Source: Campylobacteraceae bacterium (lineage in GTDB: Bacteria; Campylobacterota; Campylobacteria; Campylobacterales; BB28). From it: DNA of 64,000 nt. The translations under genes and the position numbers were made by a program. The notes under the pieces are model-generated. The model did no database searches, was not told the DNA's origin, and saw only the letters and a program-made list of their open reading frames with translations. The stretch lies in the NCBI GenBank assembly GCA_016744535.1, contig JADGEE010000003.1, forward strand, positions 4,328 through 68,327, given 5' to 3'. How positions within the stretch are numbered: the first letter of the stretch is position 1; the number at the start of each line of letters is the position of its first letter. Below are positions 29,765-40,001 of this stretch, one piece after another.

Positions 29765-30709
29765 ATGTTTAATAAAATTGAAACTATAAGAGATGAAGTT
29801 AAAAAAGTTGTTATTGGACAAGATGATATGGTTGATGGACTTTTAATAGGTCTTTTATGTGATGGACATATACTATTAGAGGGTGTCCCTGGACTTGCAA
29901 AAACAACAACTGTAAATGCGTTAGGAAAAACTTTAGGGCTTAATTTTAAGAGAGTTCAGTTCACACCTGATTTACTTCCAAGCGATATTATTGGAGCTGA
30001 AATTTATGACCCTAAAAATAATGAATTTAGAATTAAGCAAGGTCCTATTTTTACAAATTTACTCTTAGCTGATGAGATAAACAGAGCTCCTGCTAAAGTT
30101 CAATCTGCCCTACTTGAAGTTATGCAAGAGAGACAAGTTACAATAGGGGATGAAAGTTTTAGAATTGATTTACCATTTCTAGTTATGGCTACTCAAAATC
30201 CAGTAGAACAAGAAGGTGCTTATAACTTACCTGAAGCACAATTAGATAGATTTATGTTAAAAGTTGTGGTTGGTTATAATACAAAAGAGGAGGAGTTAGA
30301 GATTGCAAATAGAGTTGCAAATGACTCTTTTGAGACGATAAATCAAGTTATAACAAAAGATGAGCTTTTAAAATTAAAAAATGAAGTTAAAAAAGTTCAT
30401 ATGGATAAAGAGGTTGAGCGATATATTATTGATTTGATATTTGCTACTAGAGAGCCTGAAAATTATGGGCTTGATATTAAAAAGTATATTCAATTTGGAG
30501 CAAGTCCTAGAGCATCAATTAATTTAACAAAAGTAGCAAAAGCAGTAGCATACTTAAGAGGAAAAGATTTTGTTTCACCCGTAGATGTAGCTTTTATTGC
30601 AAAATCAGTTTTAAGACATAGAATAATTTTAAGTTATGAAGCAGAAGCCGAGGGAATTACTGCTGATTGGATAGTGGAGAGAGTTTTAGAAAAAGTGGAT
30701 ATTCCATAA
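29765..30709 (+). CDS. moxR: MoxR-family AAA+ ATPase
   Basis: Motifs are GHILLEGVPGLAKTT, LLADEINRAPAKVQSALLEVMQERQVT and ATQNPVEQEGAYNLPEAQLDRF. Confidence 0.9.
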   Translation: MFNKIETIRDEVKKVVIGQDDMVDGLLIGLLCDGHILLEGVPGLAKTTTVNALGKTLGLNFKRVQFTPDLLPSDIIGAEIYDPKNNEFRIKQGPIFTNLLLADEINRAPAKVQSALLEVMQERQVTIGDESFRIDLPFLVMATQNPVEQEGAYNLPEAQLDRFMLKVVVGYNTKEEELEIANRVANDSFETINQVITKDELLKLKNEVKKVHMDKEVERYIIDLIFATREPENYGLDIKKYIQFGASPRASINLTKVAKAVAYLRGKDFVSPVDVAFIAKSVLRHRIILSYEAEAEGITADWIVERVLEKVDIP

Positions 30710-30722
30710 CAAAGGATTTCAC

Positions 30723-31556
30723 TTGAGTAATCAATTAAAACAAATATTAATTAAAACAAAACGACAAGTATTTAGTGAAATAAGTGGAAATAATGCTTCT
30801 ATTTTTAAAGGTGAAGGTTACGATTTTATCGAGCTTCGTGAGTATCAAATTGGAGATGATGTTAAAAAGATAGATTGGATTATTAGTGCCAAACTTCAAA
30901 AACCATTTGTTAAAATTTTTCGTGAAGAGCGAGAGTTAAATGTTGTAGTTGCTTCAATGTTAAATGGAAGTGTTCATTTTGGTACAAAAAAATTTAAACA
31001 AGAGTTAATAGGTGAAATATCAGCTATTATTGGCTACTCTGCAATTAAAAATTCGGATCTATTTAGCTCATTCATATTTGCTGATAAATTACACTCTTTT
31101 ATAAAACCTACAAAAAAGCTTTTTGGTATTCACAAAATGACAGAAGAGATTTTAAATTTTAATCCATTAGAAAAAGTAGCAAATTATGAAGAGTTAAAAA
31201 ATCATCTATTAAAGAGAGTTAAAAGAAAATCTTTAGTTTTTATAGTTTCAGATTTTTTTGGAGATATCGATTTTAAACTTTTAAATAAAAAACACGAAAT
31301 AGTAGCAATCATAATAAGAGATAGATTAGAAGAAAACCCACCTAATTTAGGTTTTTTAAGTCTGATTGACCCAGAGAGTAGTACAATTTTAGAGGGTGAT
31401 TTAAATCCAAATACAACTAAAAAGTATAGAGAAGCTATTATTGAAAATGATAAAAAACTCTATAATCATTTTAAAAAAAATGGGGTTAAATTTACTAAAA
31501 TTTATACTGATGAAGAACCATTTATAAAATTGCTTAAACTTTTTGGAACTAAATAA
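30723..31556 (+). CDS. DUF58-domain protein (MoxR partner)
   Basis: GEGYDFIELREYQIGDDVKKIDW is the DUF58 signature. It lies 13 nt after moxR. Confidence 0.8.
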   Translation: MSNQLKQILIKTKRQVFSEISGNNASIFKGEGYDFIELREYQIGDDVKKIDWIISAKLQKPFVKIFREERELNVVVASMLNGSVHFGTKKFKQELIGEISAIIGYSAIKNSDLFSSFIFADKLHSFIKPTKKLFGIHKMTEEILNFNPLEKVANYEELKNHLLKRVKRKSLVFIVSDFFGDIDFKLLNKKHEIVAIIIRDRLEENPPNLGFLSLIDPESSTILEGDLNPNTTKKYREAIIENDKKLYNHFKKNGVKFTKIYTDEEPFIKLLKLFGTK

Positions 31557-31574
31557 AAATTAAACACAAAAGGA

Positions 31575-31991
31575 ATGGATATGAAAAAGTTAATTTTATT
31601 TTTTATTATAACGCTAACTCTATTTGCAAATAATAACAATATAGAGTGGTTGAGTTTAAATGATGCTTTAAAAAAAGTTAAAGGTCAAAATAAGTTAATA
31701 GCTGTATATATGTATAGTCCATACTGTACATATTGTAAAAAAATGAATAAAAATGCCCTAAAAGATGAGAAAGTTATTAATACTCTTAATAAATACTATT
31801 ATACTGTTAAAATTGATGGTATAAATGATGAGTATCCAAAATCTTTAAAAACTAGAGTCTCTCCTACATTTTTCTTTTTAGATTCTAATGGAGAGAAAGT
31901 TGGTAGAATTATAGGTTATAGAGACCAACATCAATTTCTATTTCAATTAACTAGATTTAGAATGGAGTCTTTGAAAAACGAAGGAAATTAA
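31575..31991 (+). CDS. periplasmic thioredoxin-fold protein
   Basis: It has a signal peptide, a CxxC motif (SPYCTYCKKM) and a VSPTFFFLD cis-Pro region. Confidence 0.65.
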   Translation: MDMKKLILFFIITLTLFANNNNIEWLSLNDALKKVKGQNKLIAVYMYSPYCTYCKKMNKNALKDEKVINTLNKYYYTVKIDGINDEYPKSLKTRVSPTFFFLDSNGEKVGRIIGYRDQHQFLFQLTRFRMESLKNEGN

Positions 31992-31995
31992 GAGT

Positions 31996-32802
31996 TTGAT
32001 AATTAAAAAAGCTTTGGAAAAGGCTCAAAAAAAATTAAGTAAAGCTAGTGAAAAGCCAATAAATGAATCACAGATCCTACTATCATATCTGCTACAAAAA
32101 GATAAAATTTATCTTTTTGCTAATGATGATTTAGAGTTAGAAAAAAATATTTTAGATAAATTTTTTGAATTTATAAAGAGACGAGAAAATTACGAACCAA
32201 TAGAGTATATTATAAATAGAGTCAGCTTTTACTCAAATGAGTTTTTTGTGGATAATAGAGTTTTAATCCCAAGACCTGAAACTGAACTTTTAATAGATGA
32301 AGTTTTAAAATTAAAAGATATAACGAAAGTTGTTGAAATTGGTGTTGGAAGTGGCATTATCTCAATTATGTTAAAAAAATTAAAAGAAAATTTTGAAATT
32401 ACAGCTGGAGATGTATCAAAGAAAGCTATTGAAGTCGCTAAAATAAATGCAAAAAAACATAATGTTGATATAAAATTTATCCACTCAAATTTACTTGATA
32501 ATATAGATAAAAAATTTGATTTAATTATTTCAAATCCGCCATATATTTCAAATAAATTTAAATTAGAAAAAAATTTAGACTATGAACCACAAAATGCACT
32601 TTTTGGTGGAGTTAATGGGGATGAAATTTTAAGAGATATTATAGATTTAGCAGTTAATAGAGAAATTAAATATTTAATTTGTGAAATGGGATATGACCAA
32701 AAAGATAAAATTTTAGAGTATATTAAAAAATATACAATTAAAAACATAAAATTTTATAAAGATTTAGCTAGATTTGATAGAGGATTTATTATTAAGTTTT
32801 AA
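31996..32802 (+). CDS. prmC: peptide chain release factor N5-glutamine methyltransferase
   Basis: It has a SAM motif (VEIGVGSG) and NPPY (ISNPPYIS). Confidence 0.85.
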   Translation: MIIKKALEKAQKKLSKASEKPINESQILLSYLLQKDKIYLFANDDLELEKNILDKFFEFIKRRENYEPIEYIINRVSFYSNEFFVDNRVLIPRPETELLIDEVLKLKDITKVVEIGVGSGIISIMLKKLKENFEITAGDVSKKAIEVAKINAKKHNVDIKFIHSNLLDNIDKKFDLIISNPPYISNKFKLEKNLDYEPQNALFGGVNGDEILRDIIDLAVNREIKYLICEMGYDQKDKILEYIKKYTIKNIKFYKDLARFDRGFIIKF

Positions 32803-32838
32803 AAAATTAATAAAAATAAAAAAAGAAAAAAAAGGTAT

Positions 32839-32860
32839 AAGAGTAGCTAAGACTACTCTT
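32839..32860. terminator. hairpin terminator between prmC and the first flagellin
   Basis: It forms the hairpin aagagtag-ctaaga-ctactctt. On the minus strand it is followed by a long T-rich run. It overlaps the flagellin stop codon. Confidence 0.5.
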
Positions 32861-34346
32861 ACTGAAGTAATTTTAATACATTTTGTTGAACTTGATTTGC
32901 TTGAGACATAGCATAACTTCCAGATTGAGCTAAAATATTATTCTTTTGGAAATTTGCAGATTCACTTGCAAAATCAACATCTCTAATATTAGATTCACTA
33001 GCTTTTACATTTACTTGTGTAACAGAAATATTATTAACGGTTACATTTAATTGGTTTTGAACAGAACCTAAATCACTTCTAAGACTATCTAATTGTTTAA
33101 TAGCAGCATCAGCAATACTCATAACACTCATAGCACCCGCCATAGTAGTAACACCTGCACCAAGTGTACCAATATTAGAAGCATTTGTATTTTCAAAAGC
33201 ACCCATTGCGTCAGCTGTAGCACTATCAATTGTACCTTTTACAGAACCTAAATTTAAAATAGTTTCATTAACACCATTAGCAGTATCAAATCCACCTAAT
33301 GCAGTATCAGATGTTACAGCAATATCTTTACCTCCAGATTTTGTTAAAGTAAGTCTTCCATAACTCTCTTCAGTAGATGTAGCAAATCCAGCTACTGTAT
33401 CAATACCAGTACCACTAATAGTTATACCTCTACCATCTGTACTTCTTAAATTTAAGTTTCCTCTCTCATCAGTATAAGCTTCAACTCCTGTTAAATCTTT
33501 TACACTATTAATAGCATTTACTAATTTTCCATCAGAATCATTTGCTGCAACACCAGAGATTGACCCTACATCAACTCCATTAATATTAATGCTTGTTAAA
33601 TCTCCTGCTACAACTGAAGAAACTGATGTATTTACATTTGTCCAAGAAGCTTTAACTCCACCTAATCTATCAGAGTTTTTATTAATGGTTTCAGCTAAAG
33701 TTCCAATACCTGTTCCGACACTTGTTGAAATTACAACACTTTCTAATGAAACATCATTTTGTCCATCAACTGCACTAAAAGTTAAAGTTGATGTAACCCC
33801 ACCTGAAATAACATCTGAAGTTTCAAATCTAACATCTCCAACTTTAGCTGAATGAGTTGAACCAATACTTGCCTTTATAGTCTCATTTGAATAAGCACCA
33901 ACTTGAAATTTTTTATTAGTAAAACTTCCAGATAGTAAACTTTGTCCATTAAAAGTTGTAGTATTTGAAATATTATCAAGCTGTTCTAAAAGTCTTGTAA
34001 TATCAGCTTGAAGTGCTTTTCTTGTATCAGTAGTTTGCCCATCTTGAGCAGATTGTGTAGCCTTAGTTTTGATAGTATCAAGAATTTTAACTTGCTCATC
34101 CATCGCTTTATCAGCAATTTGAATAATACCTATTCCATCATTAGCATTTTTAATTGCTTGTCCAAGGGAATTTGCTTGATTTCTCAAACTATCAGCAATT
34201 GCCATACCTGACGCATCATCAGCAGCTTTATTAATTCTAAGCCCACTACTTAACTTCTCTAAAGAACCCGAAAGTGACTTATTTGTCAAAAGACCTTGTG
34301 AATGTGCATTCATTGCCGCAATATTTGTATTAACTCTAAAACTCAT
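32859..34346 (-). CDS. flagellin (most divergent of three paralogues)
   Basis: 495 aa with a conserved N-terminus ([15 protein letters not shown]...[19 protein letters not shown]) and C-terminus (...[23 protein letters not shown]...VLKLLQ). Confidence 0.95.
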   Translation of the reverse strand: MSFRVNTNIAAMNAHSQGLLTNKSLSGSLEKLSSGLRINKAADDASGMAIADSLRNQANSLGQAIKNANDGIGIIQIADKAMDEQVKILDTIKTKATQSAQDGQTTDTRKALQADITRLLEQLDNISNTTTFNGQSLLSGSFTNKKFQVGAYSNETIKASIGSTHSAKVGDVRFETSDVISGGVTSTLTFSAVDGQNDVSLESVVISTSVGTGIGTLAETINKNSDRLGGVKASWTNVNTSVSSVVAGDLTSININGVDVGSISGVAANDSDGKLVNAINSVKDLTGVEAYTDERGNLNLRSTDGRGITISGTGIDTVAGFATSTEESYGRLTLTKSGGKDIAVTSDTALGGFDTANGVNETILNLGSVKGTIDSATADAMGAFENTNASNIGTLGAGVTTMAGAMSVMSIADAAIKQLDSLRSDLGSVQNQLNVTVNNISVTQVNVKASESNIRDVDFASESANFQKNNILAQSGSYAMSQANQVQQNVLKLLQ

Positions 34347-34402
34347 TTTTAACTCCTTACAAAATTTTTATGGTATCCATACCTTTTATAAAGAATAAAA
34401 AA

Positions 34403-34417
34403 GCAATAAGTGTTCCA
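34403..34417 (-). promoter_or_regulatory. sigma54 promoter of flagellin 32859..34346
   Basis: The minus strand reads tTGGAACacttaTTGCttt. It has exact GG-N10-GC spacing, about 57 nt upstream of the ATG. Confidence 0.7.
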
Positions 34418-34480
34418 AATATTATAGAAGTGGGGAGAAAAAAGTAAGAAAAGAAAAAAGAAAATATTTAAATTAATTAT

Positions 34481-35971
34481 TTATTGTAGCAATCTCTGTA
34501 CATTTTGTTGTAACTGATTTGCTTGAGATAAGGCATAACTTCCAGCTTGTGCTAAGATATTAAATTTTTGGAAACTAGCAGATTCACTTGCAAAATCAAC
34601 ATCTCTAATTTGAGATTCAGCAGCAGCTACATTAACTTGAGTAACTGAAATATTATTTACAGTTGTGTTAAATTGATTTTGAGTTGAACCTAAACCACTT
34701 CTAATTTGGTCAAGTTGCTTAATAGCAGCATCTGCAATATCCATCATACCCATAGCTCCAGCCATAGTTGTAACACCAGCTCCAAGTGGACCAGCATTTG
34801 CCACATTTGCATTTTCAAAAGCACCCATTGCATCAGCTGTAGCACTTGCAATTTGACCTTTCATAGCACCTAAATTTACAATTTCTTCACTAGCTCCACC
34901 ACCAGTAGCACTAAATCCACCTAAAACAGTATCAGCTGTTACAGTAATATCTTTACCACCAGATTTTGTTAAAGTTAATCTTCCATAACTCTCTTTAGAA
35001 GCTACATCAAATCCAGCTACTGTATCAACTCCAGTTCCACTAATGCTTATACCTCTACCATCTAAACTTCTTAAGCTTAAATTTCCTCTCTCATCAGTAT
35101 AAGCTTCAACACCAGTTTGATCTTTTACTGTATTAATAGCATTAACTAAAGTACCATCAGAGTCATTTGCAGCAACACCGGAAATTGTCCCAACATTAAT
35201 TCCATTAATAGCAACATCTGTAAGATCGCCAGCTCCAACTGAAGAGACTGATGTAGTTACATTTGTCCAAGAAGCTTTAACTCCACCTAATCTATCAGAG
35301 TTTTTATTAATTGTATCAGCTAATGCCCCAAGCCCTGTTCCAACACTAGTAGAAATTATAACACTCTCTAATGAAACATCATTTTGTCCATCAACTGCAC
35401 TAAAAGTTAAAGTTGAATTAACAGCTGTTGAAATTACGGTTGAAGTTTCAAATCTAACATCCCCAACTTTAGATGAGTGAGTTGAATTAACACTCATACC
35501 AATTGATTGATTTGAGTAAGCACCAACTTGAAATTTTTTATTAGTATAACTACCACTTAAAAGACTTTGTCCATTAAAACTAGTTGATGTAGCAATTCCA
35601 TCAAGTGCGCCTAAAAGTTTAGTAACATCAGCTTGAAGTGCTTTTCTTGTATCAGTAGTTTGTCCATCTTGAGCAGCTTGAGTAGCTTTAGTTTTAATAG
35701 TATCAAGAATCTTAACTTGTTCATCAATTGCTTTATCAGCAATTTGAATAATTCCAATTCCATCATTAGCATTTTTAATAGCTTGACCTAATGAATTTCC
35801 CTGACTTCTTAAACTATCAGCAATTGCCATACCTGAAGCATCATCAGATGCTTTATTAATTCTAAGACCACTACTTAATCTCTCTAATGATTGACCAAGT
35901 GCCTTAGAGTTCATATTTGATTGAACCTGTGCATTTAACGAGTTCATATTCGTGTTTATTCTAAAAGACAT
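34481..35971 (-). CDS. flagellin
   Basis: 496 aa and near-identical to the 36145..37635 product across most of its length. Confidence 0.95.
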   Translation of the reverse strand: MSFRINTNMNSLNAQVQSNMNSKALGQSLERLSSGLRINKASDDASGMAIADSLRSQGNSLGQAIKNANDGIGIIQIADKAIDEQVKILDTIKTKATQAAQDGQTTDTRKALQADVTKLLGALDGIATSTSFNGQSLLSGSYTNKKFQVGAYSNQSIGMSVNSTHSSKVGDVRFETSTVISTAVNSTLTFSAVDGQNDVSLESVIISTSVGTGLGALADTINKNSDRLGGVKASWTNVTTSVSSVGAGDLTDVAINGINVGTISGVAANDSDGTLVNAINTVKDQTGVEAYTDERGNLSLRSLDGRGISISGTGVDTVAGFDVASKESYGRLTLTKSGGKDITVTADTVLGGFSATGGGASEEIVNLGAMKGQIASATADAMGAFENANVANAGPLGAGVTTMAGAMGMMDIADAAIKQLDQIRSGLGSTQNQFNTTVNNISVTQVNVAAAESQIRDVDFASESASFQKFNILAQAGSYALSQANQLQQNVQRLLQ

Positions 35972-35995
35972 AATTAAACCTCCATTTTTATTTTT

Positions 35996-36015
35996 ATGAA
36001 ACTTCCTTGTCTCAT
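35996..36015 (-). promoter_or_regulatory. 5'-UTR hairpin presenting AAGGAA (candidate CsrA site)
   Basis: The minus-strand RNA is AUGAGAC-AAGGAA-GUUUCAU, a 7-bp stem with one G-U pair. It lies upstream of the GGAGG Shine-Dalgarno sequence. Confidence 0.45.
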
Positions 36016-36101
36016 ACTTCTATTCTACAATAGAAAAACTTAAATAAATAATAATAAAAGATGAAATATTTAAAATTAATTTAATAAAATTGTTTAATAA
36101 A

Positions 36102-36130
36102 GCAAAAAAAGAAGAGAAAATACTCTTCTT
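36102..36130 (-). terminator. rho-independent terminator of flagellin 36145..37635
   Basis: On the minus strand it forms the hairpin aagaagag-tatttt-ctcttctt, followed by a T run. Confidence 0.65.
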
Positions 36131-36144
36131 TTATTTTGTAAATA

Positions 36145-37635
36145 TTATTGAAGTAATGATTGAACTTGTTGTTGTAATTGATTTGCTTGAGATAATGCAT
36201 AACTTCCTGCTTGAGATAAAATATTATTCTTCTGAAAATTAGCAGATTCACTTGCAAAATCAACATCTCTAATTTGAGATTCAGCTGCATTTACATTAAC
36301 TTGAGTAACTGAAATATTATTTACAGTTGTATTAAACTGGTTTTGAGTTGAACCTAAAGAACTTCTAATTTGGTCAAGTTGTTTAATAGCAGCATCTGCT
36401 ATATCCATCATTGCCATTGCACCACCCATAGTTGTAACTCCAGAACCAAGCGAACCAACATTTGCAACATTTGCGTTTTCAAAAGCACCCATTGCATCAG
36501 CTGTAGCACTTGCAATTGCACCTTTCATAGCACCTAAATTTACAATTTCTTCACTAGCTCCACCACCAGTAGCACTAAATCCACCTAAAACAGTATCAGC
36601 TGTTACAGTAATATCTTTACCACCAGATTTTGTTAAAGTTAATCTTCCATAACTCTCTTTAGAAGCTACATCAAATCCAGCTACTGTATTAACTCCTGTT
36701 CCACTAATACTTATACCTCTACCATCTAAACTTCTTAAGCTTAAATTACCTCTCTCATCAGTATAAGCTTCAACACCAGTTTGATCTTTTACTGCATTAA
36801 TAGCATTAACTAAAGTACCATCAGAATCATTTGCAGCAACACCGGAAATTGTCCCAACATTAATCCCATTAATAGAGACATCTGTAAGATCACCAGATGC
36901 AACTGAAGAGACTGATGTAGTTACATTTGTCCAAGAAGCTTTAACTCCACCTAATCTATCAGAGTTTTTATTAATTGTATCAGCTAATACGCCTAGCCCT
37001 GTTCCAACGCTAGTAGAAATTATAACACTCTCTAATGAAACATCATTTTGTCCATCAACTGCACTAAAAGTTAAAGTTGAATTAACAGCTGTTGAAATTA
37101 CAGTCGAAGTTTCAAATCTAACATCACCAACTTTAGATGAGTGAGTTGAATTAACACTCATAGCAATTGTTTGATTTGAATAAGCACCAACTTGAAACTG
37201 TTTATTAGTATAACTACCATTTAATAAGCTCTGTCCATTAAAACTAGTAGATGTAGCAATCCCATCAAGTGCACCTAATAATTTAGTAATATCAGCTTGA
37301 AGAGCTTTTCTTGTATCAGTAGTTTGTCCATCTTGAGCAGCTTGAGTAGCTTTAGTTTTAATAGTATCAAGAATTTTAACTTGTTCATCAATTGCTTTAT
37401 CAGCAATTTGAATAATCCCAATTCCATCATTAGCATTTTTAATAGCTTGACCTAATGAGTTTCCTTGATTTCTTAAACTATCAGCAATCGCCATTCCTGA
37501 AGCATCATCTGCTGCTTTATTAATTCTAAGACCACTACTTAATTTCTCAAGAGAAGCACCCAATGCTTTACTCGTATTATTACTTTGAACCTGTGCATTC
37601 AATGAATTCACATTTGTGTTTATTCTAAATCCCAT
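36145..37635 (-). CDS. flagellin
   Basis: 496 aa, [15 protein letters not shown]...QVQSLLQ, with GGAGG 7 nt upstream of the start. Confidence 0.95.
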   Translation of the reverse strand: MGFRINTNVNSLNAQVQSNNTSKALGASLEKLSSGLRINKAADDASGMAIADSLRNQGNSLGQAIKNANDGIGIIQIADKAIDEQVKILDTIKTKATQAAQDGQTTDTRKALQADITKLLGALDGIATSTSFNGQSLLNGSYTNKQFQVGAYSNQTIAMSVNSTHSSKVGDVRFETSTVISTAVNSTLTFSAVDGQNDVSLESVIISTSVGTGLGVLADTINKNSDRLGGVKASWTNVTTSVSSVASGDLTDVSINGINVGTISGVAANDSDGTLVNAINAVKDQTGVEAYTDERGNLSLRSLDGRGISISGTGVNTVAGFDVASKESYGRLTLTKSGGKDITVTADTVLGGFSATGGGASEEIVNLGAMKGAIASATADAMGAFENANVANVGSLGSGVTTMGGAMAMMDIADAAIKQLDQIRSSLGSTQNQFNTTVNNISVTQVNVNAAESQIRDVDFASESANFQKNNILSQAGSYALSQANQLQQQVQSLLQ

Positions 37636-37668
37636 ATCAAACCTCCATATTTTATTTTAAATTAAACT

Positions 37669-37684
37669 GTAACTTCCTTGTTAC
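37669..37684 (-). promoter_or_regulatory. 5'-UTR hairpin presenting AAGGAA (candidate CsrA site)
   Basis: The minus-strand RNA is GUAAC-AAGGAA-GUUAC. It lies between the sigma28 -10 box and the Shine-Dalgarno sequence. Confidence 0.45.
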
Positions 37685-37693
37685 TTAGACTCT

Positions 37694-37720
37694 AAATCGG
37701 CTCAAAAAAAAAAATATTTA
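37694..37720 (-). promoter_or_regulatory. sigma28 promoter of flagellin 36145..37635
   Basis: The minus strand reads TAAA-N15-GCCGATTT (consensus TAAA-N15-GCCGATAA). The spacer contains a T11 run. Confidence 0.7.
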
Positions 37721-37777
37721 GTAAATTTGTAAATTTTATGTTAGAATTTTGAAAAAAAATTTTAAAGAGGGTTAATA

Positions 37778-39970
37778 TTGAAAAATTTAATAATTGTTGA
37801 ATCCCCAACAAAAGCAAAAACTATTAAAAATTTTTTAGATAAAAATTATGAAGTTATTGCAAGTAAAGGTCATATTAGAGATTTACCAAAAAGCAGTTTT
37901 GGAATAAAATTTGAAAATGATATTTTTATTCCAGAATATAGAGTAAGTAGAGATTACTCTAAAATTTTAAAAGAGATAAAAACACTAGCTAAAAAAGCTG
38001 AAACTATCTATATCGCAACTGATGAAGATAGAGAGGGTGAAGCGATAGGTTTTCATATTGCTCACGCAATTGGAAAAAATCCTGAAGATTTACCTAGAAT
38101 TACTTTTCACGAAATTACTAAAAGTGCAATTTTACACTCACTTGAAAATCCTAAAAAATTAGATTTAGATAAAGTAAATGCACAACAAGCTAGAAGATTA
38201 CTTGATAGAATAGTAGGGTATAAGTTAAGCCCTTTATTATCTAGTAAAATTCAAAGAGGACTAAGTGCTGGAAGAGTTCAAAGTGCAACTTTAAAATTAA
38301 TTGTTAATAGAGATAAAGAGATTACAGATTTTAAACCTGTAACATATTTTAAAATTTTTGCTAAATTAAAAGAGAATGAGTTTAATTTAGCTGAATTTAA
38401 AAATAAGAAACTAGATAAATTAAGTATTAAAACAAAAGAGGAAGCTGATGAAATTTTACAAACTTTAAAAGTAGAAGAGTTTAAAGTTCAAAAAATTGAT
38501 ATAAAAGATAGAAAGACAAAAACTTCACCACCATTTATGACATCAACCCTACAACAAACTTCATCAAATACTCTCGGTTTTTCATCTAAAAAGACAATGG
38601 TTTTAGCTCAAATTTTATATGAGGGATTAAAGACTGATGAGGGACAAATGGGGCTTATCACTTATATGAGAACTGATTCATTATCTATTTCAAAAGAGGC
38701 AATAGAAGCATCAAGAGAGTATATAAAAGATAATTTCGATACAAAATATCTACCTAAAAAGGCTAAAATATACACTTCAAAATCAAAATCAGCACAAGAA
38801 GCTCACGAAGCAATTAGACCAACAAGGGTTGATTTTACACCTGAAATTGCAAAACAATATTTAAAAGATGATGAATTAAAACTATATAAATTAATTTATA
38901 ATAGATTCTTAGCTTCACAGATGGAAGATGCTATTTTTGAATCTCAAAGTATTTTGGTATCATCAGAGAATGGAATATTTAAAATAAATGGTAGAAAATT
39001 AAAATTTGATGGTTTCTATAAAGTTTATGGAGATATAGATAGAGATAAACTTCTGCCTGAACTTAAAGTTAATGAAGTTATAATTTTTGATGAAATTAAT
39101 TCAAGTAAACACCAAACAGAGCCACCACCAAGATTTTCTGAAGCATCTTTAATTAAAATGCTTGAATCACTAGGTATAGGAAGACCATCAACTTACGCCC
39201 CGACAATATCTATTTTACAATCAAGAGGTTATGTTGAAAGTGAAAAAAAACAACTTCACTCAACTGAAATTGCCCAAAAAGTGATAACTCTTTTAAGCAA
39301 ATACTTTAATGAAATAGTTAATAGCTCATTTACAGCAAATTTAGAAGAAAAACTTGATGAAATTGCAGAAGCAAATAAAAATTGGCAAGATGTTTTAAGA
39401 GAATTTTATGCACCATTTATGGAAAAAGTTGAGGATGGTAAAAAAAATATTCCAAGTCAAAAAGTTATAATTCCTATTGGAGAAAAGTGTCCAGATTGTG
39501 AAGAAGAATTAGTTAAAAGAAAAGGTAGATTTGGAGAGTTTATCTCTTGTAGTTCATATCCAAAGTGTAAATATACAAGAGCTATTGCAGAAGATGGTAA
39601 AGTTACTACAACAGATGAAAAGTGTGATAAGTGTGGTGCTGATATGGTTGTTAAAAGAGGTAGAAATGGCGAATTTTTAGCTTGTAGCTCTTATCCTGAT
39701 TGTAAAAGTACCAAACCATTAAAAGCACCTCCTGTACTTGAAGGCATTAACTGTCCTGATTGTGGAGGAGATATAATAGAGCGAAGTTCACGCAGAGGTA
39801 AATTTTTTGGATGTGCAAAATATCCTGATTGTAAATTTATATCAAAATTTGCACCAATTGACCCAAATATCAAAAAGTGTGCTGAGTGTGGATATAGTGT
39901 AGCTCAAAGAACTTATAGAAATAAAGAGGTTTATGAGTGTATTAAGTGTAAACATAGAGAAGATGTGTAA
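37778..39970 (+). CDS. topA: DNA topoisomerase I
   Basis: It has a Toprim domain (LIIVESPTKAKTI, DEDREGE), an active-site Tyr context (GLITYMRTDS) and four C-terminal CxxC...CxxC zinc ribbons. It has a TTG start. Confidence 0.95.
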   Translation: MKNLIIVESPTKAKTIKNFLDKNYEVIASKGHIRDLPKSSFGIKFENDIFIPEYRVSRDYSKILKEIKTLAKKAETIYIATDEDREGEAIGFHIAHAIGKNPEDLPRITFHEITKSAILHSLENPKKLDLDKVNAQQARRLLDRIVGYKLSPLLSSKIQRGLSAGRVQSATLKLIVNRDKEITDFKPVTYFKIFAKLKENEFNLAEFKNKKLDKLSIKTKEEADEILQTLKVEEFKVQKIDIKDRKTKTSPPFMTSTLQQTSSNTLGFSSKKTMVLAQILYEGLKTDEGQMGLITYMRTDSLSISKEAIEASREYIKDNFDTKYLPKKAKIYTSKSKSAQEAHEAIRPTRVDFTPEIAKQYLKDDELKLYKLIYNRFLASQMEDAIFESQSILVSSENGIFKINGRKLKFDGFYKVYGDIDRDKLLPELKVNEVIIFDEINSSKHQTEPPPRFSEASLIKMLESLGIGRPSTYAPTISILQSRGYVESEKKQLHSTEIAQKVITLLSKYFNEIVNSSFTANLEEKLDEIAEANKNWQDVLREFYAPFMEKVEDGKKNIPSQKVIIPIGEKCPDCEEELVKRKGRFGEFISCSSYPKCKYTRAIAEDGKVTTTDEKCDKCGADMVVKRGRNGEFLACSSYPDCKSTKPLKAPPVLEGINCPDCGGDIIERSSRRGKFFGCAKYPDCKFISKFAPIDPNIKKCAECGYSVAQRTYRNKEVYECIKCKHREDV

Positions 39971-40001
39971 CTCTCTATGTTTTTATTAAAAGGATAAAAT
40001 T

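Noticed and set aside
36022-36027. TAGAAT hexamer as a sigma70 -10 box for the middle flagellin. A similar TGTAGAAT lies upstream of hup.
   Set aside because: Such hexamers are expected by chance in ~28% GC DNA. There is no TGn extension at the right spacing and no -35 box, so I mention it only as a possibility.
36081-36290. 69-aa minus-strand ORF overlapping the 3' end of the flagellin at 36145..37635.
   Set aside because: It is an alternative frame of the flagellin C-terminus and runs through the terminator. It has no independent support.
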